Source: Kineococcus radiotolerans SRS30216 = ATCC BAA-149 (GTDB lineage: Bacteria; Actinomycetota; Actinomycetes; Actinomycetales; Kineococcaceae). Taken from it: a DNA stretch of 32,000 nt. The notes under the pieces are model-generated. The model was not told the origin of the DNA, searched no databases, and saw only the letters and a list, made by a program, of their open reading frames with translations. Every line of letters begins with the position of its first letter. Positions within the stretch are counted from its first letter, which is position 1. Both the position numbers and the translations under genes were made by a program. This document shows positions 19,400-29,479 of the stretch, piece after piece. The DNA lies in contig NC_009664.2 in the NCBI RefSeq assembly GCF_000017305.1, forward strand, positions 3,990,001-4,022,000. Reading direction: 5' to 3'.

Positions 19400-20478
19400 C
19401 CCGCCCGACGCCGGACACCGCGCAGCCCGCGAGGGAGGCGGCGGGCGAGCCGCTGCTCAGCGTGCGGGACCTGCAGGTGCACTACCCCATCCGCTCGGGG
19501 GTCCTGCGCCGCGCCGTCGGAGCGGTCAAGGCCGTCGACGGGGTCGACCTCGACGTCCCGCGCGGGACGACCTACGGGCTGGTGGGGGAGTCCGGCTGCG
19601 GCAAGTCGACGCTGGGCCGGGCCGTGCTGCGGCTGTCCGAACCCACGGGCGGGTCGGTGCGCATCGCCGGCCGGGACCTGCTCGGCCTCGGGCCGGAGGA
19701 GCTGCGGCGGGCCCGGCGGCAGATGCAGATGGTCTTCCAGGACCCCCTAGCCAGCCTCGACCCCCGCCAGACCGTGGAGAGCGCCCTCGTGGAGCCCCTC
19801 GCGGTGCACGGGGTGCCGGGGGGACCCGCAGCCTGGCGGACCCGGGTCCGCGGCCTGCTGGACCGCGTGGGCCTGCCCGCGGGCGCGGGGGCGAAGTACC
19901 CGCACGAGTTCTCCGGCGGGCAGCGCCAGCGCGTCGGCATCGCCCGCGCCCTCGTCCTCGACCCCGACCTGCTGGTGGCCGACGAGCCGGTCTCGGCCCT
20001 CGACGTCTCCGTGCAGGCCCAGGTGCTGGTCCTGCTGGAGGAGCTCCAGCGCGACCTCGGGCTGACCTACCTCGTCATCGCCCACGACCTCGCCGTGGTC
20101 AAGCACGTCTCCACCACCGTGGGGGTCATGTACCTCGGCGGCATCGTCGAGGAGGGCACCAGCAGCGGCCTCTACGCCCGCCCGCTGCACCCCTACACCC
20201 GGGCCCTGCTGTCCGCGGCCCCCGTGCCCGACCCGGTGGCCGAGGCGACGCGGGAGCGGATCCTGCTCGCCGGGGACCTGCCCAGCCCCGCCGACCCCCC
20301 GTCGGGCTGCCGCTTCCGGACCCGCTGCCCGTGGGTGCAGCCGACCCGCTGCCACGAGGAGCGCCCGCGGCTGCGCGTCCTCGAGGGCCACCCGGCCACG
20401 CAGAAGGTGGCCTGCCACTTCGCCGAGGACATCGAGGCCGGGCGCATCGCCCCGGTGGACCGTTCCGCGGCCGCCTGA
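19396..20478 (+). CDS. ABC transporter ATP-binding protein (DppF/OppF-like)
   Basis: GTG 19396 overlaps the upstream stop (GTGA). Motifs are Walker [10 protein letters not shown], signature FSGGQRQR and Walker [13 protein letters not shown]. The C-terminal domain carries 4 Cys. Confidence 0.95.
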   Translation: MTRPTPDTAQPAREAAGEPLLSVRDLQVHYPIRSGVLRRAVGAVKAVDGVDLDVPRGTTYGLVGESGCGKSTLGRAVLRLSEPTGGSVRIAGRDLLGLGPEELRRARRQMQMVFQDPLASLDPRQTVESALVEPLAVHGVPGGPAAWRTRVRGLLDRVGLPAGAGAKYPHEFSGGQRQRVGIARALVLDPDLLVADEPVSALDVSVQAQVLVLLEELQRDLGLTYLVIAHDLAVVKHVSTTVGVMYLGGIVEEGTSSGLYARPLHPYTRALLSAAPVPDPVAEATRERILLAGDLPSPADPPSGCRFRTRCPWVQPTRCHEERPRLRVLEGHPATQKVACHFAEDIEAGRIAPVDRSAAA

Positions 20479-20490
20479 CCCACCCCCCGC

Positions 20491-20517
20491 GGGGACCCCC
20501 GCCCCGCGGGGGTCCCC
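20491..20517 (+). terminator. hairpin after the ABC operon
   Basis: GGGGACCCCC (20491-20500) and GGGGGTCCCC (20508-20517) form a perfect 10-bp stem with a 7-nt loop, 13 nt after the stop. Confidence 0.5.
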
Positions 20518-20524
20518 CCTGCCG

Positions 20525-20554
20525 TTGCAGCCCCGTGACCAGGGTGGATAGGTT
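20525..20554 (+). promoter_or_regulatory. candidate mihF promoter
   Basis: TTGCAG (20525-20530), an 18-nt spacer, then TAGGTT (20549-20554, TANNNT class). It lies about 80 nt upstream of the mihF GTG. Confidence 0.35.
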
Positions 20555-20632
20555 CAGCCGACTTCCTCCTGGTGCTCCGTCGGCCCCCGACGCGAGGCCG
20601 AGGACCCGAGTGGACTACCCCGAGGTGACTCC

Positions 20633-20989
20633 GTGGCTCTGCCTCCCCTGACCGCCGAACAGCGCGCCGCCGCCCTGGAGAAGGCGGCCGCCGCCCGGCG
20701 CGAGCGCGCCGCGGTGAAGCACCGCCTGAAGTACACCGGCGGGAGCCTCGAGGAGGTCATCAGGGAGGGCCAGGAGAACGAGGTCCTCGGCAAGATGAAG
20801 GTCTCGGCGCTGCTGGAGTCGCTGCCCAACGTGGGCAAGGTGCGCGCCAAGCACATCATGGAGGAGATCGGGATCTCCGAGTCGCGCCGCGTGCGCGGCC
20901 TGGGGGCGCACCAGATCGCCGCGCTCGTCGAGCGCTTCGGCCGCCAGGACGCCCAGGACGCCCAGGACGCCGCCGGGAGCGCGTCCTGA
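20633..20989 (+). CDS. mihF: integration host factor, actinobacterial type (mIHF/sIHF)
   Basis: (M)[32 protein letters not shown]...[31 protein letters not shown] closely matches mycobacterial mIHF. GAGGTG lies 6 nt upstream of GTG 20633. Confidence 0.92.
   Translation: MALPPLTAEQRAAALEKAAAARRERAAVKHRLKYTGGSLEEVIREGQENEVLGKMKVSALLESLPNVGKVRAKHIMEEIGISESRRVRGLGAHQIAALVERFGRQDAQDAQDAAGSAS
20945..20971 (+). repeat. perfect 9-bp tandem repeat x3 (CAGGACGCC) inside the mihF 3' end
   Basis: Units are at 20945-20953, 20954-20962 and 20963-20971. In frame they encode (Gln-Asp-Ala)x3 in the non-conserved C-terminal tail. Confidence 0.95.
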
Positions 20990-21552
20990 ACGCCGAACCG
21001 CGCCTGACCGTCCTGGCCGGCCCCACCGCCGTGGGGAAGGGCACCGTCTCCACCGACCTGCGCACCCGCTACCCCGAGGTCTGGATCTCGGTGTCGGCCA
21101 CGACCCGGGCCCAGCGCCCCGGCGAGGTCGACGGCGTGCACTACCACTTCGTCTCCGAGGAGACCTTCGACGCCTACGTGCGCGACGGGGAGCTGCTGGA
21201 GTGGGCCCGCGTGCACGGCCGGCACCGCTACGGCACCCCGCGCGGTCCCGTCCTCGAGGTGCTGGCCTCCGGCCGGCCCGCGCTGCTGGAGATCGACCTC
21301 GCCGGCGCCCGCCAGGTCCGCGAGGCCATGCCCGAGGCCCGGTTCGTCTTCCTCGCCCCGCCGAGCTGGGACGAGCTGGTCCGCCGCCTCGTCGGGCGCG
21401 GCACCGAGTCCGAGGAGGAGCGCGAGCGCCGCCTGGCGACCGCGCGGGTGGAGCTGGCGGCCGAACCGGAGTTCGACGTGACCATCTACAACGACGACGT
21501 GCAGCGGGCCACCGACGAGCTCGTAAGATGGATGGGTCTGCCGGTCAGCTGA
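20986..21552 (+). CDS. gmk: guanylate kinase (start codon non-canonical or unresolved)
   Basis: Homology is clear ([16 protein letters not shown]-loop, [33 protein letters not shown]). The first ATG/GTG/TTG in frame is GTG 21031, which lies inside the P-loop. I therefore place the start at CTG 20986, which has GGGAG 5 nt upstream and overlaps the mihF stop as CTGA. The stop at 21552 is firm. Confidence 0.8.
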   Translation: MNAEPRLTVLAGPTAVGKGTVSTDLRTRYPEVWISVSATTRAQRPGEVDGVHYHFVSEETFDAYVRDGELLEWARVHGRHRYGTPRGPVLEVLASGRPALLEIDLAGARQVREAMPEARFVFLAPPSWDELVRRLVGRGTESEEERERRLATARVELAAEPEFDVTIYNDDVQRATDELVRWMGLPVS

Positions 21553-21582
21553 CCGCCAGCTCTCGAACCGAGGAGAAGAACC

Positions 21583-21849
21583 GTGGCTGGAACCGTCGCG
21601 TCGCCCGAGGGCATCACCAACCCGCCCATCGACGACCTGCTGACGGCTGCCGACTCCAAGTACGCGCTGGTCATCTACGCGGCCAAGCGCGCCCGGCAGA
21701 TCAACGCCTACTACTCCCAGCTGGGCGAGGGTCTGCTGGAGTACGTCGGTCCGCTCGTCGAGACGCACGTGCAGGAGAAGGCGCTGTCCGTGGCCATGCG
21801 CGAGATCAACGAGGGTCTGCTGACCTCGGAGCCGATCGAGCAGCAGTGA
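21583..21849 (+). CDS. rpoZ: DNA-directed RNA polymerase subunit omega
   Basis: 88-aa ORF containing [11 protein letters not shown]...[17 protein letters not shown], which is canonical omega. GAGGAG lies upstream of GTG 21583. Confidence 0.92.
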   Translation: MAGTVASPEGITNPPIDDLLTAADSKYALVIYAAKRARQINAYYSQLGEGLLEYVGPLVETHVQEKALSVAMREINEGLLTSEPIEQQ

Positions 21850-23131
21850 GCACCCCCCGCGACCCCGAGCCCGGCCCGCGCGTCGTCCTGGGGGTCGCGG
21901 GAGGCATCGCCGCGTACAAGGCGGCGCTGCTGCTGCGCGAGCTGAGCGAGTCCGGGCACGACGTCACCGTCGTCCCCACCGCCGCCTCCGAGCACTTCGT
22001 GGGGCGCGCCACCTGGGAGGCCCTCTCCGGCAAGCCGGTCGCCTCCGACGTCTGGACCCGCGCCGACGAGGTCCCGCACGTGCGGCTGGGCCGGCACGCC
22101 GACCTCGTCGTCGTCGCCCCCGCCACCGCCGACCTGCTGGCCCGCGCCGCGCACGGCCTCGCCGACGACCTGCTCACCAACGTCCTGCTCACCGCGACCT
22201 GCCCGGTGCTGCTGGTCCCCGCCATGCACACCGAGATGTGGCTGAACCCGGCCGTGCAGGCCAACGTCGCGCTGCTGCGCTCGCGGGGGGTCACCGTCCT
22301 CGACCCCGCCTCCGGGCGCCTCACCGGCGCCGACACCGGCCCGGGACGGATGCCGGAACCCGCCGACGTCGCCGCGGCCTGCCGCCGGCTGCTGGGGTCC
22401 GGCTCGCGCCCGCGCGACCTCGAGGGCCGCCGGGTCGTGGTCTCCGCCGGGGGCACCCGCGAACCGCTGGACCCCGTCCGCTTCCTGGGCAACCGGTCCT
22501 CGGGCCGGCAGGGGGTGGCGCTGGCCGCGGCCGCCGCCGCCCGCGGCGCGCGCGTGACCCTGGTCGCCGCCCACCTCGAGGTCCCCGTCCCCGCCGGCGT
22601 CGAGGTCGTGGGCGTGACGACGGCGGCCGAGCTGGGCGAGGCGGTGCGGGCCCGCGCGGCGGGCTCCGACGTCGTCGTCATGGCCGCCGCGGTCGCCGAC
22701 TTCCGCCCCGCGACCCGCACGAGCACCAAGATCAAGAAGTCCGACGACCCCGCCCGCGACCCCGTCGTCGTCCTGGAGCGCAACCCCGACGTCCTCGCGG
22801 GACTGGTGCGCGAGCGCGTCGGCGCCGCCCCCGTGGTCGTGGGCTTCGCCGCCGAGACCGGCGACGCGAGCGGCAGCGTCCTGGAGCACGGCCGGGCCAA
22901 GCTGGCCCGCAAGGGCTGCGACCTGCTGGTGCTCAACGAGGTGGGGGAGACCCGGGGCTTCGCCGCCGCGACGAACGCCGTGACGCTCCTCGGCGCCGAC
23001 GGCTCCGAGCGGGAGGTCCCCGAGGCCGGCAAGGACGTCGTGGCCGACGCGGTCTGGGACGCCGTGGTGCCTATGCTGACGTCCCCGGCGACACCGACCG
23101 GTGGAACGACCCCCCTGGAGACTGGAGCCCC

Positions 23132-23135
<4 letters not shown>
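21846..23135 (+). CDS. coaBC: bifunctional phosphopantothenoylcysteine decarboxylase / phosphopantothenate-cysteine ligase
   Basis: GTG 21846 overlaps the rpoZ stop (GTGA) and gives 429 aa. The N-terminal flavoprotein motif is [14 protein letters not shown], with PAMHTEMW, followed by the C-terminal CoaB half ([22 protein letters not shown]). Confidence 0.93.
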
Positions 23136-24331
<1,196 letters not shown>

Positions 24332-24335
24332 CCCC

Positions 24336-26411
24336 TTGCCCGACGAGCCGGACGCCCAGCCCGCCCAGACCGCCCTGGACGGGCTGAGCGCCCCCGCCCC
24401 GGCGAGGAAGCGCCCGGCCCGGAAGGCGAAGGCGCTCGAGGGGGTCGCGGAGTCCGAGCCGGTCGCGCGGGTGCTGGTGTCCTCGCAGCTGCCGCACCTG
24501 GACCGCCCCTTCGACTACCTGGTGCCCGCCTCGATGGAGCACACCGCCGAGCCGGGGCGCCTGGTCCGGGTCCCCTTCGCCGGGACCGACGCCGAGGGCT
24601 ACGTCCTGGAACGGCTCGCCGCGAGCGAGCACCCGGGCCGCCTCGCCCGGCTGCGGCGGGTCGTGTCCGGGGTGGCGCTGCTGACCCCCGCGACGCTGGA
24701 GCTGTGCCGCGCGGTCGCGGCCGAGTACGCGGGCACCCTCTCCGACGTCGTGCGCCTGGCCGTGCCCGGCCGCCACGCCGGGGCCGAGGACGCCGTCCTG
24801 GGGGCCGCCCCCGTCGTCCACGACCCCGTCGTCCTGGGGGAGGACCTGCACGGCTGGGAACGCCACAGCGCCGGTCCCGCCTTCCTCGCCCACGTCCGCG
24901 ACGGCGGGTCCCCGCGCGCGGTCGCGACGTTCGCCCCCGGCACCGACCCCGCCGCCCTGCTGGCCCTCGCCGCCCGCGCGACGCTGGCCTCCGGCCGCAC
25001 GGCGCTGCTGGTCGTGCCCGACCACCGCGACCTGGACCGGCTCTCGGCGGCCCTGGACCGGGTGGTCCCCGAGGGCCACGTCCGCCTCGAGGCCGAGGCC
25101 GGCCCCTCCCCGCGCTACCGGGCCTTCCTGGAGGCCCTCACCGGCCGGGCCCGCGTCGTCGCCGGGACCCGCGCCGCGGTGTTCGCCCCGCTGCCCAACC
25201 TCGGGTTGGTCGCCGTCCTCGACGACGGCGACGACTCCCACGCCGACCAGCGCGCGCCCTACCCCCACGTCCGCGAGGTCGCGGTGCTGCGCGCGGAGCA
25301 GACCGGCTCGGCGGCCCTCTTCGCCGGCCGGACCCGGACCGCGGAGACGCAGCTGCTGCTGGAGTCCGGGTGGGCGCGGCCGGTGCTGGCCACCCGCGAC
25401 GTCGTGCGCGCCTCCTCCCCGCGGATCGCGGTCGCCGGGACCAGCGGCCACGACGCCCAGGACCCCCTCGCCGCCGCGGCCCGCCTGCCCAGCGACGGGT
25501 GGCGGGTGCTGCGCGAGGCCGTGCGCCGCGGGCCGGTGCTGGTGCAGGTGCCGCGCACCGGCTACGTGCCCACCCTGGCGTGCCAGGCGTGCCGGGAACC
25601 GGCCCGCTGCACCTCCTGCCACGGTCCGCTCGCGGTGACCGGGGCCGGGGAGCGGGCCTCCTGCCGCTGGTGCGGGCGGCCCGCGACCGACTGGGTCTGC
25701 CCGAACTGCGGGGACGACCGCTTCCGCGCCGTCGTCACCGGCGCCCGGCGCACCGCCGAGGAGCTGGGACGGGCCTTTCCCGGGGTGGACGTGCGCACCT
25801 CCGGCGGGTCGCAGGTCCTGGACACCGTCCCCGACCGCCCCTCGCTGGTGATCTCCACGCCCGGGGCCGAACCGGTCGCGCCCGCCGGGTACGCGGCGGC
25901 GCTGCTGCTGGACGGCTGGGCGCTGCTGGCCCGCCCCGACCTGCGGGCCCAGGAGGAGGCGTTCCGGCGCTGGACCGCGGCGGCGTCGCTGGTGCGGCCC
26001 GCCTCCGAGGGGGGCGCGGTCGTCGTCGTCGCCGACCCGCAGGCCGCCGCGGTCCAGGCCCTGGTGCGCTGGGACCCCGCCGGGTTCGCCGAGCGGGAGC
26101 TGGCCCAGCGCCGCGAGCTCGACCTGCCCCCCGCCGCCCGGTTCGCCGGGCTCATCGGGGTCGCGGCCGACGTCGAGGAGTTCGTCGCGGCCCTGACCAC
26201 GAGCGGGCCGCCGCTGCCGGGGGTGCGGGTCCTGGGCCCGCTGCCCGTCCCCGAGCAGCCGGGACGGGCGCCGATGGTGCGCAGCGTCGTGCGGGTGCCC
26301 CGCCCGGAGTCGGCGGCGCTGACGAGCGCGCTGAAGAACGTCACCACCGGGCGCAGCGTGCGCAAGCTGCCCCTGGTGCGGGTGCGGGTGGACCCCCTCC
26401 AGATCGGGTGA
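24336..26411 (+). CDS. priA: primosomal protein N' (PriA) homologue with degenerate helicase ATPase motifs
   Basis: It is colinear with PriA: an N-terminal 3'-DNA-binding region (VARVLVSSQLPHLDRPFDYLVP), four CxxC pairs (CQAC...CTSC...CRWC...CPNC) and a C-terminal ...RVDPLQIG. It follows metK, as in other Actinobacteria. TTG 24336 is the first start in frame, so the real start is uncertain. Confidence 0.8.
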   Translation: MPDEPDAQPAQTALDGLSAPAPARKRPARKAKALEGVAESEPVARVLVSSQLPHLDRPFDYLVPASMEHTAEPGRLVRVPFAGTDAEGYVLERLAASEHPGRLARLRRVVSGVALLTPATLELCRAVAAEYAGTLSDVVRLAVPGRHAGAEDAVLGAAPVVHDPVVLGEDLHGWERHSAGPAFLAHVRDGGSPRAVATFAPGTDPAALLALAARATLASGRTALLVVPDHRDLDRLSAALDRVVPEGHVRLEAEAGPSPRYRAFLEALTGRARVVAGTRAAVFAPLPNLGLVAVLDDGDDSHADQRAPYPHVREVAVLRAEQTGSAALFAGRTRTAETQLLLESGWARPVLATRDVVRASSPRIAVAGTSGHDAQDPLAAAARLPSDGWRVLREAVRRGPVLVQVPRTGYVPTLACQACREPARCTSCHGPLAVTGAGERASCRWCGRPATDWVCPNCGDDRFRAVVTGARRTAEELGRAFPGVDVRTSGGSQVLDTVPDRPSLVISTPGAEPVAPAGYAAALLLDGWALLARPDLRAQEEAFRRWTAAASLVRPASEGGAVVVVADPQAAAVQALVRWDPAGFAERELAQRRELDLPPAARFAGLIGVAADVEEFVAALTTSGPPLPGVRVLGPLPVPEQPGRAPMVRSVVRVPRPESAALTSALKNVTTGRSVRKLPLVRVRVDPLQIG

Positions 26412-26461
26412 GCCCACCGGCTGGGATCGCGCGCGGGCGCCGGCGGGTGCAGGCTCGCGGC

Positions 26462-27472
26462 GTGGACTTCCGACACCTCGGCCGCTCCGGCCTCAAGATC
26501 AGCGAGATCACCTACGGCAACTGGCTCACCCACGGCTCCCAGGTCGAGAACGAGGCGGCGATCGCCTGCGTGCACGCCGCCCTCGACGCGGGGATCACCA
26601 CCTTCGACACCGCCGACGTCTACGCCAACACCGTCGCCGAGACCGTCCTCGGGCAGGCGCTGAAGGGGCAGCGGCGGGAGTCCCTGGAGATCCTCACCAA
26701 GGTCTTCGGGCCCATCGGACCCAAGCAGCACAACGACACCGGTCTCTCCCGCAAGCACGTCCTCGAGGCGTGCGAGGGGTCGCTGCGCCGTCTCGGCACC
26801 GACCACATCGACCTCTACCAGGCGCACCGCTACGACTACGCGACGCCGCTGGAGGAGACGATGCAGGCCTTCGCCGACCTCGTGCGGCAGGGCAAGGTCC
26901 TCTACGTCGGGGTCAGCGAGTGGACGGCCGAGCAGCTGCGCGCCGGGCACGCCCTCGCCCAGCAGCTGGGCTTCCAGCTCATCTCCAACCAGCCCCAGTA
27001 CTCCATGCTCTGGCGCGTCATCGAGGAGGAGGTCGTCCCGACCTCGCGCGAGCTCGGGGTCTCCCAGGTGGTCTGGTCGCCCATCGCGCAGGGGGTGCTG
27101 ACCGGCAAGTACGTCCCCGGCGGCCAGCCGCCCGAGGGGTCGCGCGCCACCGACACCAAGGGCGGCGCGGACATGATCAAGCGCTTCATGCGCGACGACG
27201 TCCTCTCCCGGGTGCAGGAGCTCAAGCCGGTCGCCTCCGACCTCGGCCTCTCCATGGCCCAGCTCGCCGTGGCCTGGGTCCTGCAGAACGACAACGTCGC
27301 GACCGCGATCATCGGCGCCTCCCGCCCGGAGCAGGTGCACGACAACGCCGGTGCCGCGGGCAAGACGATCCCCGCCGACGCCCTGGCCCGCATCGACGCC
27401 GTCCTCGGCGACGTCGTGGAGCGCGACCCGGCGAAGACCCACGAGTCCTCGCCCAAGCAGCGCGAGGTCTGA
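26462..27472 (+). CDS. aldo/keto reductase (Kv-beta-like subfamily)
   Basis: GTG 26462 gives (M)DFRHLGRSGLKISEITYGNWLTHG..., FDTADVYANTVAETVLGQAL, IDLYQAHRYD and AIIGASRPEQV, 336 aa. GTG 26447 is an alternative start. Confidence 0.9.
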   Translation: MDFRHLGRSGLKISEITYGNWLTHGSQVENEAAIACVHAALDAGITTFDTADVYANTVAETVLGQALKGQRRESLEILTKVFGPIGPKQHNDTGLSRKHVLEACEGSLRRLGTDHIDLYQAHRYDYATPLEETMQAFADLVRQGKVLYVGVSEWTAEQLRAGHALAQQLGFQLISNQPQYSMLWRVIEEEVVPTSRELGVSQVVWSPIAQGVLTGKYVPGGQPPEGSRATDTKGGADMIKRFMRDDVLSRVQELKPVASDLGLSMAQLAVAWVLQNDNVATAIIGASRPEQVHDNAGAAGKTIPADALARIDAVLGDVVERDPAKTHESSPKQREV

Positions 27473-27486
27473 CCTCCCGCTCCGGC

Positions 27487-27777
27487 TCAGGACTCCCGGT
27501 CCGAGCGCGGCAGCGGGGTGAAGGCCCGGGTGTCCCACGGCGACCAGGACGCCTGCGGGGCGCGGGGGGCGGGGCGGGCGGGGGCCGGGCGCTGCTCGGC
27601 CACCGCCCGCGCCGCCCGGGCGCGCGGGCGCACCACGGCCAGCTCGACGAGCGCGCCGGCCACGGCCACGAGCATGAGGATCCGCCCCACCATCGCCACG
27701 TCCACGACCTCGACCTCGACGTGGACGGCGAAGGCCAGGATTGCCCCGATCGTCAGCAGGCAGCAGCTGTTCCCCAT
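27487..27777 (-). CDS. small two-TM membrane protein (resembles the actinobacterial DUF6458-type family; 96 aa)
   Basis: ATG 27777 gives MGNSCCLLTIGAILAFAVHVEVEVVDVAMVGRILMLVAVAGALVELAVV followed by an Arg/Pro/Ala-rich tail. GC3 is very high in this frame. The family assignment is from memory of the GAILxFAV...VGxxLMLxG pattern. Confidence 0.6.
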   Translation of the reverse strand: MGNSCCLLTIGAILAFAVHVEVEVVDVAMVGRILMLVAVAGALVELAVVRPRARAARAVAEQRPAPARPAPRAPQASWSPWDTRAFTPLPRSDRES

Positions 27778-28013
27778 GCGCACCGCCCCAGCCTCCGCGC
27801 CGGCGCGCCGGGGACGCGCCCCGCTCACCCGCCCGCCGCAGCCGGGTCCCCCCGCCGGGGGCCGGGGAAGCACGCAGCGCCACCTGACCGCGACCGGCGG
27901 TGACGGGTGGCGACGGTGCCGGTGCGGGTGCCCGGGATCGCCGGTGGAGAGGGGGCGGGACGGGCGCGCCTACACTTGAGCGGCCCGTTCCAGCCGTCTC
28001 ACCAGGGAGCCTC

Positions 28014-28559
28014 GTGGCGATCCAGCCCATCCGACTCTTCGGGGACCCCGTCCTGCGCCAGCGCGCGGACGAGGTCACCACCTTCGACAAGGAGCTGCGC
28101 CAGCTCGTCAAGGACCTCGAGGACACGATGCTCGCCGCCCCCGGGGCCGGTCTCGCCGCCCCGCAGCTCGGGGTCTCGCTGCGGGTGTTCACCTACCACG
28201 CCGACGACGAGATCGGGCACCTGGTCAACCCCGTCCTGGACCTGTCCGAGGAGTGCCAGGAGGGCGACGAGGGGTGCCTGTCGTTCCCCGGGATCGTCGC
28301 CGACACCCGCCGCTCGCTGCACGTGGTGGCCAAGGGCTTCGACATGCACGGCGAGCCGATCACGATCACGGGGTCGGAGTTCAAGGCCCGCGCCATCCAG
28401 CACGAGACCGATCACCTCGACGGCGTCCTCTTCATCGACCGCCTCGACAAGGCCCAGCGCAAGCTCGCCCTCAAGGCCGTCCGCGAAGCGGAGTGGCTCG
28501 GCCTGGAGACCCCGCAGGTGAAGGTCTCCCCGCACGACACCTTCGGTCAGGCGAGGTAG
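28014..28559 (+). CDS. def: peptide deformylase
   Basis: GTG 28014 has AGGGAG 6 nt upstream and gives (M)[14 protein letters not shown]. The three signature motifs are [18 protein letters not shown] and QHETDHLDG. Length is 181 aa. Confidence 0.95.
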
Positions 28560-29479
28560 TGCGCCTCGTCCTCGCCGGCACCCCTGAGGTCGCCGTCCCC
28601 GCCCTCGACGCGCTCCTCGCCAGCCGCCACGAGGTCGTCGCCGTCCTCACCCGCCCCGACGCCGCCGCCGGTCGCGGCCGCAAGCAGGTGGCCTCGCCCG
28701 TGGCGCTACGCGCCCGCGAGGCCGGGCTGCCGCTGCTGCAGCCGGAGAAGCCGGGCGGTGAGGAGTTCCTCGCCGCCCTGCGCGAGCTCGCCCCCGACGC
28801 CTGCCCCGTCGTCGCCTACGGCGCGCTCGTGCCCCGGGCCGCGCTCGAGGTGCCCCGCTTCGGCTGGCTGAACCTGCACTTCTCGCTGCTGCCCGCCTGG
28901 CGCGGGGCCGCGCCCGTGCAGCGCGCGGTGATGAACGGCGACGACGTCACCGGCGCCTGCGTCTTCCAGCTCGAGGAGGGCCTGGACACCGGCCCCGTCC
29001 ACGCCTCGTTCGCCGAGCCCGTCGGGCCCACCGACACCGCCGGCGACCTGCTGTCCCGCCTGGCCGTGCGCGGGGCCGGGGTCCTCGTCGAGGTGCTCGA
29101 CGCGATCGAGGCGGGCACCGCGCACGCCGTCCCCCAGCCCGCCGAGGGCGTCTCGCTCGCCCCCAAGATCACCGTCGAGGAGGCCCGGGTCGACTGGGCC
29201 GCGACGGCCACCGAGATCGACCGGCGGGTCCGCGGCTGCACCCCGGAACCGGGCGCGTGGACGACGTTCCGCGGGGAGCGGTTCAAGGTCGGCCCCGTGG
29301 TGCCCGTGCCGGACCCGGTGCCGGCCGGGCGGATCGCGGTGGAGCGCAAGCGCGTGCTCGTGGGCACCGCGCAGGGCTCCGTGGTGCTGGGCACCGTCCA
29401 GCCCGCGGGCAAGAAGGCGATGAGCGCGACCGACTGGGCGCGCGGGACCCGGCCGCAGCCGGGGGAGGAGTTCTCGTGA
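28559..29479 (+). CDS. fmt: methionyl-tRNA formyltransferase
   Basis: GTG 28559 overlaps the def stop (TAGTG) and gives 306 aa. Sequence includes [27 protein letters not shown] and [19 protein letters not shown]. Confidence 0.95.

Noticed and set aside
27900-28013. N-terminal 38-codon extension of the def ORF
   Set aside because: The homologous deformylase N-terminus ([14 protein letters not shown]) begins at GTG 28014, which has an AGGGAG SD. The extension is Gly/Arg-rich and lies in the divergent promoter region.
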